From: an uncultured virus (IMG/VR IMGVR_UViG_2061766007_001503)
Taxonomy: Duplodnaviria; Heunggongvirae; Uroviricota; Caudoviricetes
Reading direction: 5' to 3' (one strand)
Virus record (IMG/VR): IMGVR_UViG_2061766007_001503
DNA: 39,532 bases
Shown: positions 21,990 through 32,069 of the stretch, piece by piece
Position numbering within the stretch: the stretch's first letter is position 1
How the letters are laid out: each line of letters opens with the position of its first letter
Translations under genes and position numbers: made by a program
Notes under the pieces: model-generated
Database searches by the model: none
Told to the model about the DNA's origin: nothing
Seen by the model: only the letters and a program-made list of their open reading frames with translations

Positions 21990-23844
21990 TGTATGTGGCC
22001 TCCTGTGAATGTTCTTTAATATATATCTTTCTTGCGGTTACGCCTTGCCCCATCAATTGCTCAAATAAAATATCGGTTTCTCTTATATCTTCAACTGTAA
22101 TTTGCTTAATAATTCTGTTATTAGGATCAGTTAAAGTTTCTTCAGTTTCTTCAACAGACATTTCACCAAGACCTTTAAGTCTATTTACAGTATATTTCTT
22201 ACCCTGATTAGCTCTCTTAAATTCTTCAAGCGCTTCATCATTTTTGAGATACTTATACTCTTTACCTATTGTAATCTTATAAAGAGGAGGAACTCCCGCA
22301 TAAATATAACCATCTTGAATTAACTGCGGGCAAAAATTCCAAATGAAAGTATAGAAAAGGTTCTTAATATGAGCGCCATCAACATCAGCATCGCTCATAA
22401 TAATAATTTTTCCATATCTCAAATCTTCTTTATCATAAGTAACTTTCATTGTTTTCGGATCAATTCTTAAACCAAATGCTTCAATCATTGTCATAATCTC
22501 TGCATTTTTCTGAATCTGCGCCAAAGTTGCTTTCTGCGTATTAAGAATTTTTCCTCTAACAGGCAAAACCGCCTGTGTTGCGTTATCTCTTGCAAGTTTG
22601 ATATTACCAGAAGCACTATCTCCTTCTGTAATATAGATTTCACATTCCATTCTATTTTTGGAATTACAATCTGCAAGTTTACTATCAAACTTAACTACTT
22701 TTTCTTTTTTCTTCTTTTCAGTTTCACGAGCTGCGTCTCTTGCTTTCTTAGCCGCTTCTCGCGCCTTACGAGCGGCAATTGCTTTGTCAAAAATTACCTT
22801 TATATCTTTTTCATTTATCAAAAGCCAATTTGTTAAATTTTCAGTTATAAAACTTATTTCTGGTTTAGTCTCAATTTTTGTTACACGAGATTTAACCTGA
22901 GCATCATAAGAAACAGAAGGAGCAGTATAATTAAATACAATATAAATTCCTTCTTGAATATCATCGCCAGTAAGGTTTTCATCCTTCTCTTTAAGCCAAC
23001 CGCGCTCTCTAAAGAACTTGTTCATTTCTCTTGTAAGAGTAGTTTTAAGCTGTGTAATATGAGCGCCGGTATCTGTTAAACCAGTGTTTACATATGGAAC
23101 AATAGTAGATGAATAATTTGCGGTATAGGTTAATACAAGGTCAAGCTTGTACTTATCTTCCTGACCGCTCACTACAAGTCTGTTATTAATAATCTCTTTA
23201 TCTTTAACAGCTTCATCTACTAAATCATTAAGACCATTCTTTGAGGAATAAGTCTCTTTTGCTCCGTTATAATCAAGATTAATAATTAGACCAGGACATA
23301 AGCAACTTATAGTCTTAAATAATGTACGAATTTTATTTATTTCAACTTCTGTATGAGTGAAAAATTCTTCTGAAGGTTGCCATTTAACAATAGTCCCATT
23401 ATTTTCTGCTAATGCATTACCAACTTTTCTATCTTCAAAGACTCCTTCTTTAAACCAAATATGTTCATATTTTTTATCTCTAATAGTTTCAACTTGTAAC
23501 CAATGAGATAAAAATGTAGTAATTTTACTACCAATACCAAATGAACCAAGTGAAGTTCCTTCGTAGCTACCATCTTCACGATACTTACCAGAGGTGTTAA
23601 GTACGCTAAATGCTGCTTCAAGAATTGTTTTACCATCATCGCGGAAACTATTAGGAATAAATCCTTGTCCATAATCTCTTACAGTGATGATGTCTTTATC
23701 AATAGTGACATCAATTTGATTACCATGCCCTGCATTAAACTCATCCACCGCATTAGAGAAAATTTCAATAAGCAACTGCGTTGAATATGTGGTATCACCA
23801 GCATAAACACCAGGACGAAGTCTGGTAAATTCAAGGGGTGAAAG
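21979..23844 (-). CDS. gyrB: DNA gyrase subunit B (start in gap)
   Basis: RLRPGVY.G, EIFSNAVDE, DYGQG, G.FGIG, EGDSA, PVRGKILN, MSDADVDGAHI, RLKGLGEM. Confidence 0.95.
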   Translation of the reverse strand, partial: LSPLEFTRLRPGVYAGDTTYSTQLLIEIFSNAVDEFNAGHGNQIDVTIDKDIITVRDYGQGFIPNSFRDDGKTILEAAFSVLNTSGKYREDGSYEGTSLGSFGIGSKITTFLSHWLQVETIRDKKYEHIWFKEGVFEDRKVGNALAENNGTIVKWQPSEEFFTHTEVEINKIRTLFKTISCLCPGLIINLDYNGAKETYSSKNGLNDLVDEAVKDKEIINNRLVVSGQEDKYKLDLVLTYTANYSSTIVPYVNTGLTDTGAHITQLKTTLTREMNKFFRERGWLKEKDENLTGDDIQEGIYIVFNYTAPSVSYDAQVKSRVTKIETKPEISFITENLTNWLLINEKDIKVIFDKAIAARKAREAAKKARDAARETEKKKKEKVVKFDSKLADCNSKNRMECEIYITEGDSASGNIKLARDNATQAVLPVRGKILNTQKATLAQIQKNAEIMTMIEAFGLRIDPKTMKVTYDKEDLRYGKIIIMSDADVDGAHIKNLFYTFIWNFCPQLIQDGYIYAGVPPLYKITIGKEYKYLKNDEALEEFKRANQGKKYTVNRLKGLGEMSVEETEETLTDPNNRIIKQITVEDIRETDILFEQLMGQGVTARKIYIKEHSQEATYNAE

Positions 23845-24125
23845 NNNNNNNNNNNNNNNNNNNNNNNNNNNNNNNNNNNNNNNNNNNNNNNNNNNNNNNN
23901 NNNNNNNNNNNNNNNNNNNNNNNNNNNNNNNNNNNNNNNNNNNNNNNNNNNNNNNNNNNNNNNNNNNNNNNNNNNNNNNNNNNNNNNNNNNNNNNNNNNN
24001 NNNNNNNNNNNNNNNNNNNNNNNNNNNNNNNNNNNNNNNNNNNNNNNNNNNNNNNNNNNNNNNNNNNNNNNNNNNNNNNNNNNNNNNNNNNNNNNNNNNN
24101 NNNNNNNNNNNNNNNNNNNNNNNNN

Positions 24126-24396
24126 CCGCGTAGGCGGAATCTGAAATAATATTATAATGATACATTGGATCTTTGTTGGCTAATTCAAGGACATGAATAA
24201 TAGCCTCTAATTCCATACGATTATTTGTAGTTTCATCAAAATTTTTCTTAAAAGCATAATTTAACATATATGAAACAGATTGCAGTTCATGAATTCTCGA
24301 AACTCGAACAACACCAAAACCACCTGGCCCAGGGTTCCCATGGCAGCCGCCATCACAATAATATGTTAATTGTGCTTTCATAAAGTTCTCTCCCAT
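24126..24396 (-). CDS. rnhA: Ribonuclease HI, N-terminal part
   Basis: YCDGGCHGNPGPGGFG, TTNNRMELEAII, IISDSAY. Confidence 0.9.
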
Positions 24397-24440
24397 CAAA
24401 AATATCCTTTCCTAGCTCTTTTCTAGTTCTTTCTATAATA

Positions 24441-24469
24441 ATTATAACAAAATTTTTGATAAATTGCAA
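24441..24469 (-). promoter_or_regulatory. Sigma-A-type promoter for rnhA-gyrB-gyrA
   Basis: TTGCAA-17 nt-TATAAT with TG extension. Confidence 0.7.
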
Positions 24470-24518
24470 GTTCTACGAGAAAAAATGGCAGTAAAATTTA
24501 CTAGAGAGATTTTGACAA

Positions 24519-24555
24519 TAAAAAATACCGCGGAGACTTGTGATCTCCGCGGTAT
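24519..24555 (-). terminator. Intrinsic terminator after the endolysin
   Basis: 12-bp stem ATACCGCGGAGA/TCTCCGCGGTAT plus T-tract. Confidence 0.8.
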
Positions 24556-24559
24556 AAAT

Positions 24560-25576
24560 TTAAATCTTTTGAGTATATTTTGCGCTTACCCAACCATTAT
24601 ATTCTTTTAATTTAACCCAACCATTTTTTTCTTCAACGACAGAGTACTGGCCTTTATCTCTAATTGTATTAATAATAGAATTAGCAGAACCCGCGCCAGA
24701 ACGAACATTTAATGCACTAGCGGTAACTTGAATTTTATATAAATAGTCTTGTTTAGGTGTTTTAGGTGGGGCCTGAGTTTTTTTGACATACTCAGGATTG
24801 TTTACATAAATCCAACCTATCCCACTTTTAAGTTTGCCCCAACCATTCTGTTCTTCTNNNNNNNNNNNNNNNNNNNNNNNNNNNNTTAATAGAGGTTATA
24901 ACAGCATATGTGCTACTAGGACCTTTACGGACATTTAATTGATCAACAAGAATTTGTACGGTATAGTCTGCTTTTGGAGGAGCTGTAACTATCTCAGAAG
25001 GCTCTGGTTCAGGAGCAATGGGGCTACCAATACCAGCAACTTCATTAAGAAAATTATCCCAATTAACTAAAGCAGCTTCATTTTTACACCATGGTTGAGG
25101 ACATAATTTACCAGTGATCATATGGTGCATAATAACATGATTAATATCAATATGATATTGCTGCATTAATTGTTTTGTTAATGCAATAGTATTATTGACT
25201 ACCGCATCTGTAATGTACCAATCATCATCAGACACTGAAGTGGATTGTTTATTAATTTTATTACTACACATTTCAATGCTAATAGAATTTTTATTTGTGC
25301 ATTTTAAATATTCAATTCCAGCAAGTTTAGTAGCTTTTGAAGCATATTTAGATCCACCAACCGCCCATGTATATCTATTAGCAATATTACCATTATATTG
25401 TNNNNNNNNNNATCGGCAGATGCTTCTCTAGAACTTGTTGCAAACATATTAGCAACATTTATTGCAGTACCTTTTTTAGAATTTACACCGGCAGTATAAT
25501 GAATAACGATATATTCAATTTTTCTTCCAGGTTTTGAACCAGTGTTATGTGTGCTATTCTTTTGTACAATGTCCAT
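24560..25576 (-). CDS. Endolysin: Amidase_2 N-acetylmuramoyl-L-alanine amidase with two SH3b domains (spans gaps)
   Basis: YIVIHYTA, WAVGG, NSISIEMC, HHMITGKLCP, then two LNVR.G.......I..EE.NGW.KLK...GW repeats. Confidence 0.9.
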
Positions 25577-25769
25577 TATCCTTTTGCCTCCTCTTCTTCA
25601 CTTNNNNNNNNNNNNNNNNNNNNNNNNTCATATTTTATTCCACCTACTGTATTTTCTGCTTTAGCTTTAGCGCAATACATACCATAAGATAAAGTTTCTC
25701 CAATTACAGCGGTGATTAATGTAATTAATGGAGTATAATCTGGCATTTGACCGATAGCAAAACCAAGAT
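25576..25769 (-). CDS. Small membrane protein, putative holin (fragment)
   Basis: LGFAIGQMPDYTPLITLITAVIGETLSYGMYCAKAKAENTVGGIKY; hydrophobic and directly upstream of the endolysin (TAATG overlap). Confidence 0.5.
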
Positions 25770-25921
25770 NNNNNNNNNNNNNNNNNNNNNNNNNNNNNNN
25801 NNNNNNNNNNNNNNNNNNNNNNNNNNNNNNNNNNNNNNNNNNNNNNNNNNNNNNNNNNNNNNNNNNNNNNNNNNNNNNNNNNNTACAAAAGGGAGCCTAT
25901 TAAAGTCTTTATATATTATAT

Positions 25922-27118
25922 TTACATCAATTCTGCGGTCTTAGCTATTTCACTTCTATAAATATTCTGTAATTCGACCTCTCCATAAAAATGCTTTCCT
26001 CTAAAAACTTGAGATGCGCGCCGCATTCCATTATGGATTCCCGCATACATTGACATATCAACCTGATGATTAAAATCTCCATCAATAATACAAATTGAAT
26101 CTTCTCCAATGCGTTGTAATGCCAACCGCATTAATTCTACATCTAAGTTTTGAGCTTCGGAGATATAGATTGCCGCGTTCATGCCTGTCGTATCATAACC
26201 TCTAATATCAGACATGGGTAATAAGACTAATTTACCTTCACGAATTAATCCTTCAACTACAACTTTATCTCCTAGCTTACTTTCAAGTAAGTTGCCAATT
26301 TGACTATCTAAAAGTTTTTCTGTTCTAGATCCAGGATAAAATCCTAGTTTAGCTGAACCTTTTGTTGCAACAGTATTACAGAAAATAATAACCTTATCAA
26401 TTTTATTATGTTCTAATAGTGAAAGCATATAACCAAACGCAAGATAACTTTNNNNNNNNNNNNNNNNNNNNNNNNNNNNNNNNNNNNNNNNNNNNNNNNN
26501 NNNNNNNNNNNNNNNNNNNNNNNNNNNNNNNNNNNNNNNNNNNNNNNNNNNGAAAGCGTCCATTTATATTTATCAATAACACAACCGCAGTTATCTGTAA
26601 TTAATAAATATTCATTAATTCCTAATTTGTATAGGTTTACATTATTTGGTAAAATTTCCTCATAAAAAATAGCTAAATCATTATCGTCCATTTGAATTTC
26701 TTTAAAACCTGTATAATCATCATCATTTTCAAATGATGATAAAAACATGGTTGGAATACCTAATGATTCTGCTATTGTTTTGCAACTTAAATCTGATGTA
26801 ACAAATTTAAATTGAAATTGATTGGTTGATAGAGCCCATAAAGCAGTGCAAATAATGCGGCTATCATTATTTAGCATTAAACCATATTTTTGAATTAATG
26901 GCTCTATTTCTTTTGTAGAATAAGGAATGACAGTATATTTGNNNNNNNNNNNNNNNNNGTAATAATTGTCTAGCAGCCCATTTAGTTTCTTCATCTTTAG
27001 TTCCTGATGTTTTTATTAACTCAAGTTCGCAAAAAGTAATATTTGAAACAATAAAATGAGATTCAAATGCTCTATTTTGTAATTCTAGTAAACTACAAGT
27101 GTCATAAAAATTAAACAA
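25922..27118 (-). CDS. phoH: PIN-PhoH (PhoH2/YlaK-like) protein, split by gaps
   Basis: PIN motifs YDTCSLL, NNDSRII, VTSDLS; PhoH motifs LGFYPGSRTEK, IRGY, SEAQNL, RIGE.S, DGD..QVD, RSEIA. Confidence 0.85.
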
Positions 27119-27184
27119 TAATCTTCCACCTTTCTATATTGGAATTTTATTCTACAATATAGTTTTACTTTTATAAATGAATGA

Positions 27185-27594
27185 TTAATCTGTTTTACCC
27201 TTCTTGCGTTCTTCAACTCTTTTTCTGAACATTTCCCTCTTTTTCTCTCTGCGTTCAGGCATTGTTCTATAAAATTCAATATCTTTTTCTAATTTTTCGA
27301 TTTCAATTCTTCTTCTGTTCAGCTGACGATACATAACTTTAGCTGTAGGAGACTCTGGATCAAAATTCTTATATTGTTCACAAGATTGCACGAACTCTTG
27401 GAAATCTTTATATTTTGCTTTTAAATTGCGGAGTTTAATCATAAGTGTATTCGCAATTGCTCTGGCCTCCGCATACTGGCATCCAATAATTTCAGAAGCA
27501 TTATCATAATCATCTGGGTGTAAGCGGGCGGAGCCTTGTAATTTATATTTANNNNNNNNNNNTTTGGATCATATTCACTATAAACTATTTTCAT
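27185..27594 (-). CDS. Hypothetical protein, basic coiled-coil C-terminus
   Basis: AGGAGG RBS and promoter upstream; the frame after the gap reads GSARLHPDDYDNASEIIGCQYAEARA into track ORF 27185-27442. Confidence 0.6.
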
Positions 27595-27626
27595 ATAAAT
27601 AGTCCTCCTTAATTTTTATATAATCT

Positions 27627-27655
27627 ATTATAACATAAATTTTTGTAAATGTAAA
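27627..27655 (-). promoter_or_regulatory. Sigma-A-type promoter
   Basis: TTTACA-17 nt-TATAAT with TG extension. Confidence 0.65.
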
Positions 27656-27720
27656 GGAAAAAATCGAAATGAAAAAATGCAAGAGATAGTTCAAAGAGGA
27701 AAGGGCTCGTAAGCGGCAAC

Positions 27721-27747
27721 AAAAAATCCCCGGTATAAAACCGGGGA
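27721..27747 (-). terminator. Intrinsic terminator
   Basis: TCCCCGGT/ACCGGGGA stem followed by TTTTTT on the minus strand. Confidence 0.75.
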
Positions 27748-27754
27748 ATTGAGA

Positions 27755-28018
27755 TTATTTATCAGGTTTTCTTGAAGTTTTAAAGAATGAACCAAGCCAA
27801 GCAAGAGCGCCACCAATAAGAGGGATGTCATTCTTTGTGATTGTAATACCAAATAATGCAAAAGCATTGACAATATAATTTCCAATAAACAACTTAGAAC
27901 ACCAGCCGACTACCCAACCAATCACAAAACTAAACCAAGGTATGATAAACATAAGTAAAATAGTCACAACTACAATTTCTATAAGTTCTTTATTAAGTTC
28001 TTTATTGTACTTTTTCAT
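27755..28018 (-). CDS. Small multi-pass membrane protein
   Basis: 87 aa with 2-3 hydrophobic segments. Confidence 0.65.
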   Translation of the reverse strand: MKKYNKELNKELIEIVVVTILLMFIIPWFSFVIGWVVGWCSKLFIGNYIVNAFALFGITITKNDIPLIGGALAWLGSFFKTSRKPDK

Positions 28019-28565
28019 TATTTTCTCCTATATATTTTTTAATATCTGAAATAACTGTCATAATTGAAACAGGAAATATATCATGTGCATCAAGTTCTAC
28101 ATGATAGATAAGTCCTTTATCCATATCACAAAATCTATCTTTTGTGTGGGTATGCCCACAAAGATTAATCACCCTTGCTTTAAGTGGTTTATCATCATCA
28201 AGATTTGCAGTAAGACAAGGATAATGACTAAGGAAAAAATGATAATTGTTGAAATTAAGAAATTTTCCTTCACAAATTTCAACTATATTATAACAATGAT
28301 TATAAAGTTCCATTCTATTATCAGTATCATGATTTCCACGAATAAGATGAATATTACCTCTAAGCTGCTTAATACACCAAAGACCATGATTATCATCATT
28401 AAGCATAAGATCACCAAGAAGATATACATCATCATTATCATCAATAATAGAATTCCAATTATTAATAATCATAGAATTCATATCGGATATATTATGAAAA
28501 CCTCTGGGCTGATAGAGGAACTCTCGATTATGACAAAAGTGAAGATCTGAACTAAACCAAATCAT
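28002..28565 (-). CDS. Calcineurin-like metallophosphoesterase
   Basis: SSDLHFCH, LLGDL, RGNHD, SHYP, CGHTH. Confidence 0.9.
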   Translation of the reverse strand: MIWFSSDLHFCHNREFLYQPRGFHNISDMNSMIINNWNSIIDDNDDVYLLGDLMLNDDNHGLWCIKQLRGNIHLIRGNHDTDNRMELYNHCYNIVEICEGKFLNFNNYHFFLSHYPCLTANLDDDKPLKARVINLCGHTHTKDRFCDMDKGLIYHVELDAHDIFPVSIMTVISDIKKYIGENNEKVQ

Positions 28566-28582
28566 ACCATACAGCCTCCATT

Positions 28583-29074
28583 TTAATTAACAATGCGCCA
28601 AGTTCCGCCAGTTTTAATATAAATATTATCAAATCCTTCTTCGAGTTTTGGCATAGTAAACTGTTCTGCCATTCTACGAATTACACTAGCGGGGACAAAT
28701 GCTCTACCTGTGCGGTTATTATTTTGCTGAATCGCAGTATCAACGCCAGGATTAATAACAANNNNNNNNNNNNNNNNNNNNNNNNNNNNNGGAGTAAGAA
28801 TTCTTAAAATTCTGTTACGGGATGCTTCGCTAATATGAGTAGCATCAATAATAGTTACTTCATGATTAGTAATACTATCCATACATTGTTGAACAAATGC
28901 ATTCCAAACTTCTTTTTCTTTTCCAAAGTAAGTATCTTTTTCTTCAAGCAAAGAGAAACGAATTTTATCTCTTGATACAATATTTGCATCATTTCCAAAA
29001 GCAGAAAGATGATTTTCTGCCCAAGTACTCTTACCNNNNNNNNNNNNNNNNNNNNNNNNNNNNGATTTCTCCAT
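28583..29074 (-). CDS. Polynucleotide kinase-like P-loop protein (AAA_33)
   Basis: GKSTWA, VSRDKIR, IIDATH, R.GRAFVP..VIRRM resemble the T4 Pnk/Pnkp kinase domain. Confidence 0.8.
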   Translation of the reverse strand: MEKXXXXXXXXXXGKSTWAENHLSAFGNDANIVSRDKIRFSLLEEKDTYFGKEKEVWNAFVQQCMDSITNHEVTIIDATHISEASRNRILRILTXXXXXXXXXXXVINPGVDTAIQQNNNRTGRAFVPASVIRRMAEQFTMPKLEEGFDNIYIKTGGTWRIVN

Positions 29075-29497
29075 TATTAATCATCTCCTTTAATTTTCCA
29101 TACGGCCTAATTCTAATACCTTTTTCATTGAAATTGCAATATTCATACTCGCATTTAAAATCTTCATATGAATATTTAGTGAAAGGTTTGACTTCTGCAT
29201 GATTTACTTCTTGATTACAANNNNNNNNNNNNNNNNNNNNNNNNNNNNNNNNNNNNNNNNNNNNNNNNNNNNNNNNNNNNNNNNNNNNNNNNNNNNNNNN
29301 NNNNNNNNNNNNNNNNNNNNNNNNNNNNNNNNNNNNNNNNNNNNNNNNNNNNNNNNNNNNNNNNNNNNNNNNNNNNNNNNNNNNNNNNNNNNNNNNNNNN
29401 NNNNNNNNNNNNNNNNNNNNNNNNNNNNNNNNNNNNNNNNNNNNNNNNNNNNNNNNNNNNNNNNNNNNNNNNNNNNNNNNNNNNNNNNNNNNNNNNN

Positions 29498-29664
29498 GAA
29501 ACGCCCTGAGATGTGTCAAGAGAAAACATACCAAGCACAGATGTTCCATCTACACAATGAGAACCTTTCTTTACAAGAACATCGCCATTGACTTTAGTAG
29601 CTCTTGCAATAAATTCTTTAATATCATTGATATAATTGATTTTAATGAATTTAATATTTGTCAT
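29498..29664 (-). CDS. HPr-family phosphocarrier-like protein (C-terminus in gap)
   Basis: IKEFIARATKVNGDVLV..G...VDGTSVLGMFSLD resembles the HPr Ser46 region (VDAKSILG..SL); no His15 equivalent seen. Confidence 0.7.
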
Positions 29665-29732
29665 ATTATAACCTCCTTTAACTGCGGCAGCGCAGGGATC
29701 CCAAGTCTAGATGACCCGATCCCCGCATTATT

Positions 29733-30983
29733 TTAGCCGTTATGATACTTCATTAAAAATTCATTAGACACAGCCTTGAAACTTTTAGTCCCGTCGATAG
29801 ATCTAAAGACCAGACCTTCCCGCATCCCGCCATCAACAACAGACATATCAGTTGCAATAGCAAGAAGTTCCTCAACAGTATCAGGCATTATAAAGTTTTC
29901 ATCAACAATAGGTACACAAGGTACATTATATTCCTCAAGAAGATTGGTCATTGCTCTAGGGTTAAGGCGTCTAGGAGCCTGACCTTTAATACCTACAATA
30001 ACATTGAAAACCATAAGTTTATGCTCTTTAAGAGAATAATCTCTCTTCTGAATACCTTCGCCATAGGTTTCACCCTGGACGGTGACAAACTCTACATTGC
30101 CTTCGGTATTTTCAAAGTATTCCATAAGACACTCAAGAACATGCTCCATATCATACTTTTCTGCCATTTCTGTATAAACATTGGTGTCATAATAGCAGCC
30201 CTTATCAGGTCTATCAAATACTACATTTCTAGAACATACATAGAATTCTCTTTTGTTGCCCCAGCCTTTCATAGTGAAAGTAGTAGAAGTACCATCTATC
30301 TTTTCAGTTGCGTACCACACAGACTTATCACTGAGAATCCAAGGCATATTCTGAACGCGCTCTTCATCAGTCTTTACAACCCATGCCGGCCAACCGTGGG
30401 AATCTCTTTTCTTACCAAAGAACACAAAAAGGATCTTTTTACCCCACTTCCGCTTATAAAGCCATTTTACAAAAGGCTTCTGAAAGACTTCAGGATAACG
30501 CTGTGCCATCTTCTTATATTTATCCCCGCTAGTATTAGCTTTTCTTTTGTTGTCCTCAACTTCATAATAAGTCACGCCGAGTTTCTTGGTAAGAAAAGCA
30601 GATTCAGTTCCAGGACGATACTGATTGCCCTCATTATCATAGATATAATTAAATTCATCAGTATAAGCTACATACCAACCAAAATCTGCGGCTGCCATAA
30701 GGAGTCCCTGAGACCAGAACTGTCCTTCATCAGTCTTAAACTTCTGAGTTTTGATATGTCCCTTATATTTTGCACAAAAGGCAAATACAGGATTATCAAG
30801 TGGAACCTGGCTATCAATTTCAAAATAAATACCAGGATCGCCAGCCTTAAAAGCGCCCTTTGGAACCATACAAGTCCAGCCACCAATTCTTGCGCATTCA
30901 ACCCTATCCTTCCCAGGGATAGGCTCAACCGCATCTACATATACAGCATATGCGAGTTCACGCTCATTATTCTTATTAAGCAT
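29733..30983 (-). CDS. ATP-dependent RNA ligase, Rnl2/DRB0094-like
   Basis: N-terminal EPIPGKDRVECARIGGW..YFEIDS module; nucleotidyltransferase motifs TEKIDGTS, QGETYG, VFNV, REGLV, FKAVS. Confidence 0.88.
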   Translation of the reverse strand: MLNKNNERELAYAVYVDAVEPIPGKDRVECARIGGWTCMVPKGAFKAGDPGIYFEIDSQVPLDNPVFAFCAKYKGHIKTQKFKTDEGQFWSQGLLMAAADFGWYVAYTDEFNYIYDNEGNQYRPGTESAFLTKKLGVTYYEVEDNKRKANTSGDKYKKMAQRYPEVFQKPFVKWLYKRKWGKKILFVFFGKKRDSHGWPAWVVKTDEERVQNMPWILSDKSVWYATEKIDGTSTTFTMKGWGNKREFYVCSRNVVFDRPDKGCYYDTNVYTEMAEKYDMEHVLECLMEYFENTEGNVEFVTVQGETYGEGIQKRDYSLKEHKLMVFNVIVGIKGQAPRRLNPRAMTNLLEEYNVPCVPIVDENFIMPDTVEELLAIATDMSVVDGGMREGLVFRSIDGTKSFKAVSNEFLMKYHNG

Positions 30984-30996
30984 TGTTTTTTCCTCT

Positions 30997-31200
30997 CTAT
31001 TCTACTCTTGTAATTTCTTCTGTATCATACTCAGTTGGTTCAATTTCACCAAGAAGAGCGTTAAGATATGCATCTCTTTCATCATCTGTTACATAAGGAC
31101 TTTCAGAAAATCCCATATGGCGAATTTCCGCATCATCAAATTCGATCTCTTTTATCCAAGTTACAATAAATTTTCTCTTTTCATTAGTAGGATATTCCAT
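30997..31200 (-). CDS. Small acidic hypothetical protein
   Basis: 67-aa ORF with AAAGGT RBS directly behind a promoter. Confidence 0.6.
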   Translation of the reverse strand: MEYPTNEKRKFIVTWIKEIEFDDAEIRHMGFSESPYVTDDERDAYLNALLGEIEPTEYDTEEITRVE

Positions 31201-31215
31201 TTATTTTACCTTTCT

Positions 31216-31244
31216 ATTATACCAAAAATTTTAATAAAAATCAA
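31216..31244 (-). promoter_or_regulatory. Sigma-A-type promoter for the RNA-ligase cluster
   Basis: TTGATT-17 nt-TATAAT with TG extension. Confidence 0.7.
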
Positions 31245-32069
31245 TTATTCGTCTTTACCTTCAAAATATTTAACTTCAAAAGTATCTAAATCTAATAATG
31301 CGGCTCTATTTGTTACAATAGTACAAAGATCCAAATCAATTTTATGACCTCCGCAATAAGTAAGAATCTCTGGCGTTGGCATTCTATCAATTCCTTCATC
31401 ATACACCCACATTCTCATATAAATATAATCTTCTCTTGTTGCAGGCGGTTTATCAATATATTCATATAAATATCTTAAATATTGTACTGGCGTATGACCG
31501 TGAATCATATAGCATTTTTCTGGATCACAATTTACAATATGATTAACTCCTTCATCCCAGGGATCGTTAAAATGCTCTCTATCCCAGGTGGCATCATGTT
31601 TATGCCTACAGACAGCAAATGGAGAATGACCTGCGTGTTCCATCATAATAGTCTGTCCATTTGTATTATTATAAACTTCAAAAGTGGATAAATCTCTTTT
31701 CATAATTAATTTAAGATTAATTATATCTTGAATAGAGATTTCAAAAAGTTTATTATAAACTATATCTCCGCCATTGGTAATCCAATCATCAAGTAAGCGG
31801 TGGTATTTTTCATCATAAAAATCTAAATCATCAATACGCTGTTTGATAATATGCGGGAGGCAGTCCATCATCATTTCTTCGTGGTTTCCGCGTAGAAAGC
31901 GTACTCTATGATCATTCAAGAGTAAAAACAATATCTCTAAACCATGTGGGCCTCTGTCAATAGCATCACCTAAAAAATAAAGTGTATCAGTTTCGTCCAT
32001 ATAGTTTAAAATCTGTTTTGCGATATTCAGATTTCCGTGCCAGTCAGCGCTGGCAAAATGTTTATTCAT
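31245..32069 (-). CDS. PPP-family (lambda-like) Ser/Thr phosphatase / metallophosphoesterase
   Basis: ADWHG, LGDAIDRGP, LRGNHE, HAG, HGHTP, IDLD. Confidence 0.88.
   Translation of the reverse strand: MNKHFASADWHGNLNIAKQILNYMDETDTLYFLGDAIDRGPHGLEILFLLLNDHRVRFLRGNHEEMMMDCLPHIIKQRIDDLDFYDEKYHRLLDDWITNGGDIVYNKLFEISIQDIINLKLIMKRDLSTFEVYNNTNGQTIMMEHAGHSPFAVCRHKHDATWDREHFNDPWDEGVNHIVNCDPEKCYMIHGHTPVQYLRYLYEYIDKPPATREDYIYMRMWVYDEGIDRMPTPEILTYCGGHKIDLDLCTIVTNRAALLDLDTFEVKYFEGKDE

Noticed and set aside
21979..24399. Apparent RNase HI-GyrB fusion (806 aa)
   Set aside because: Joined only through a 281-N gap large enough for the RNase H C-terminus, a stop and the gyrB start; cannot be supported.
8605..27118. 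Frameshifts or pseudogenes in the helicase, Sak4, gyrA, amidase and PhoH genes
   Set aside because: Every frame change coincides with an N-gap, so gap-size error is the simpler explanation than decay or programmed frameshifting.
30021..31013. 330-aa plus-strand ORF
   Set aside because: Antisense shadow of the RNA ligase with no motifs. The same applies to 11047-11688, 28083-28550 and 34101-34655.
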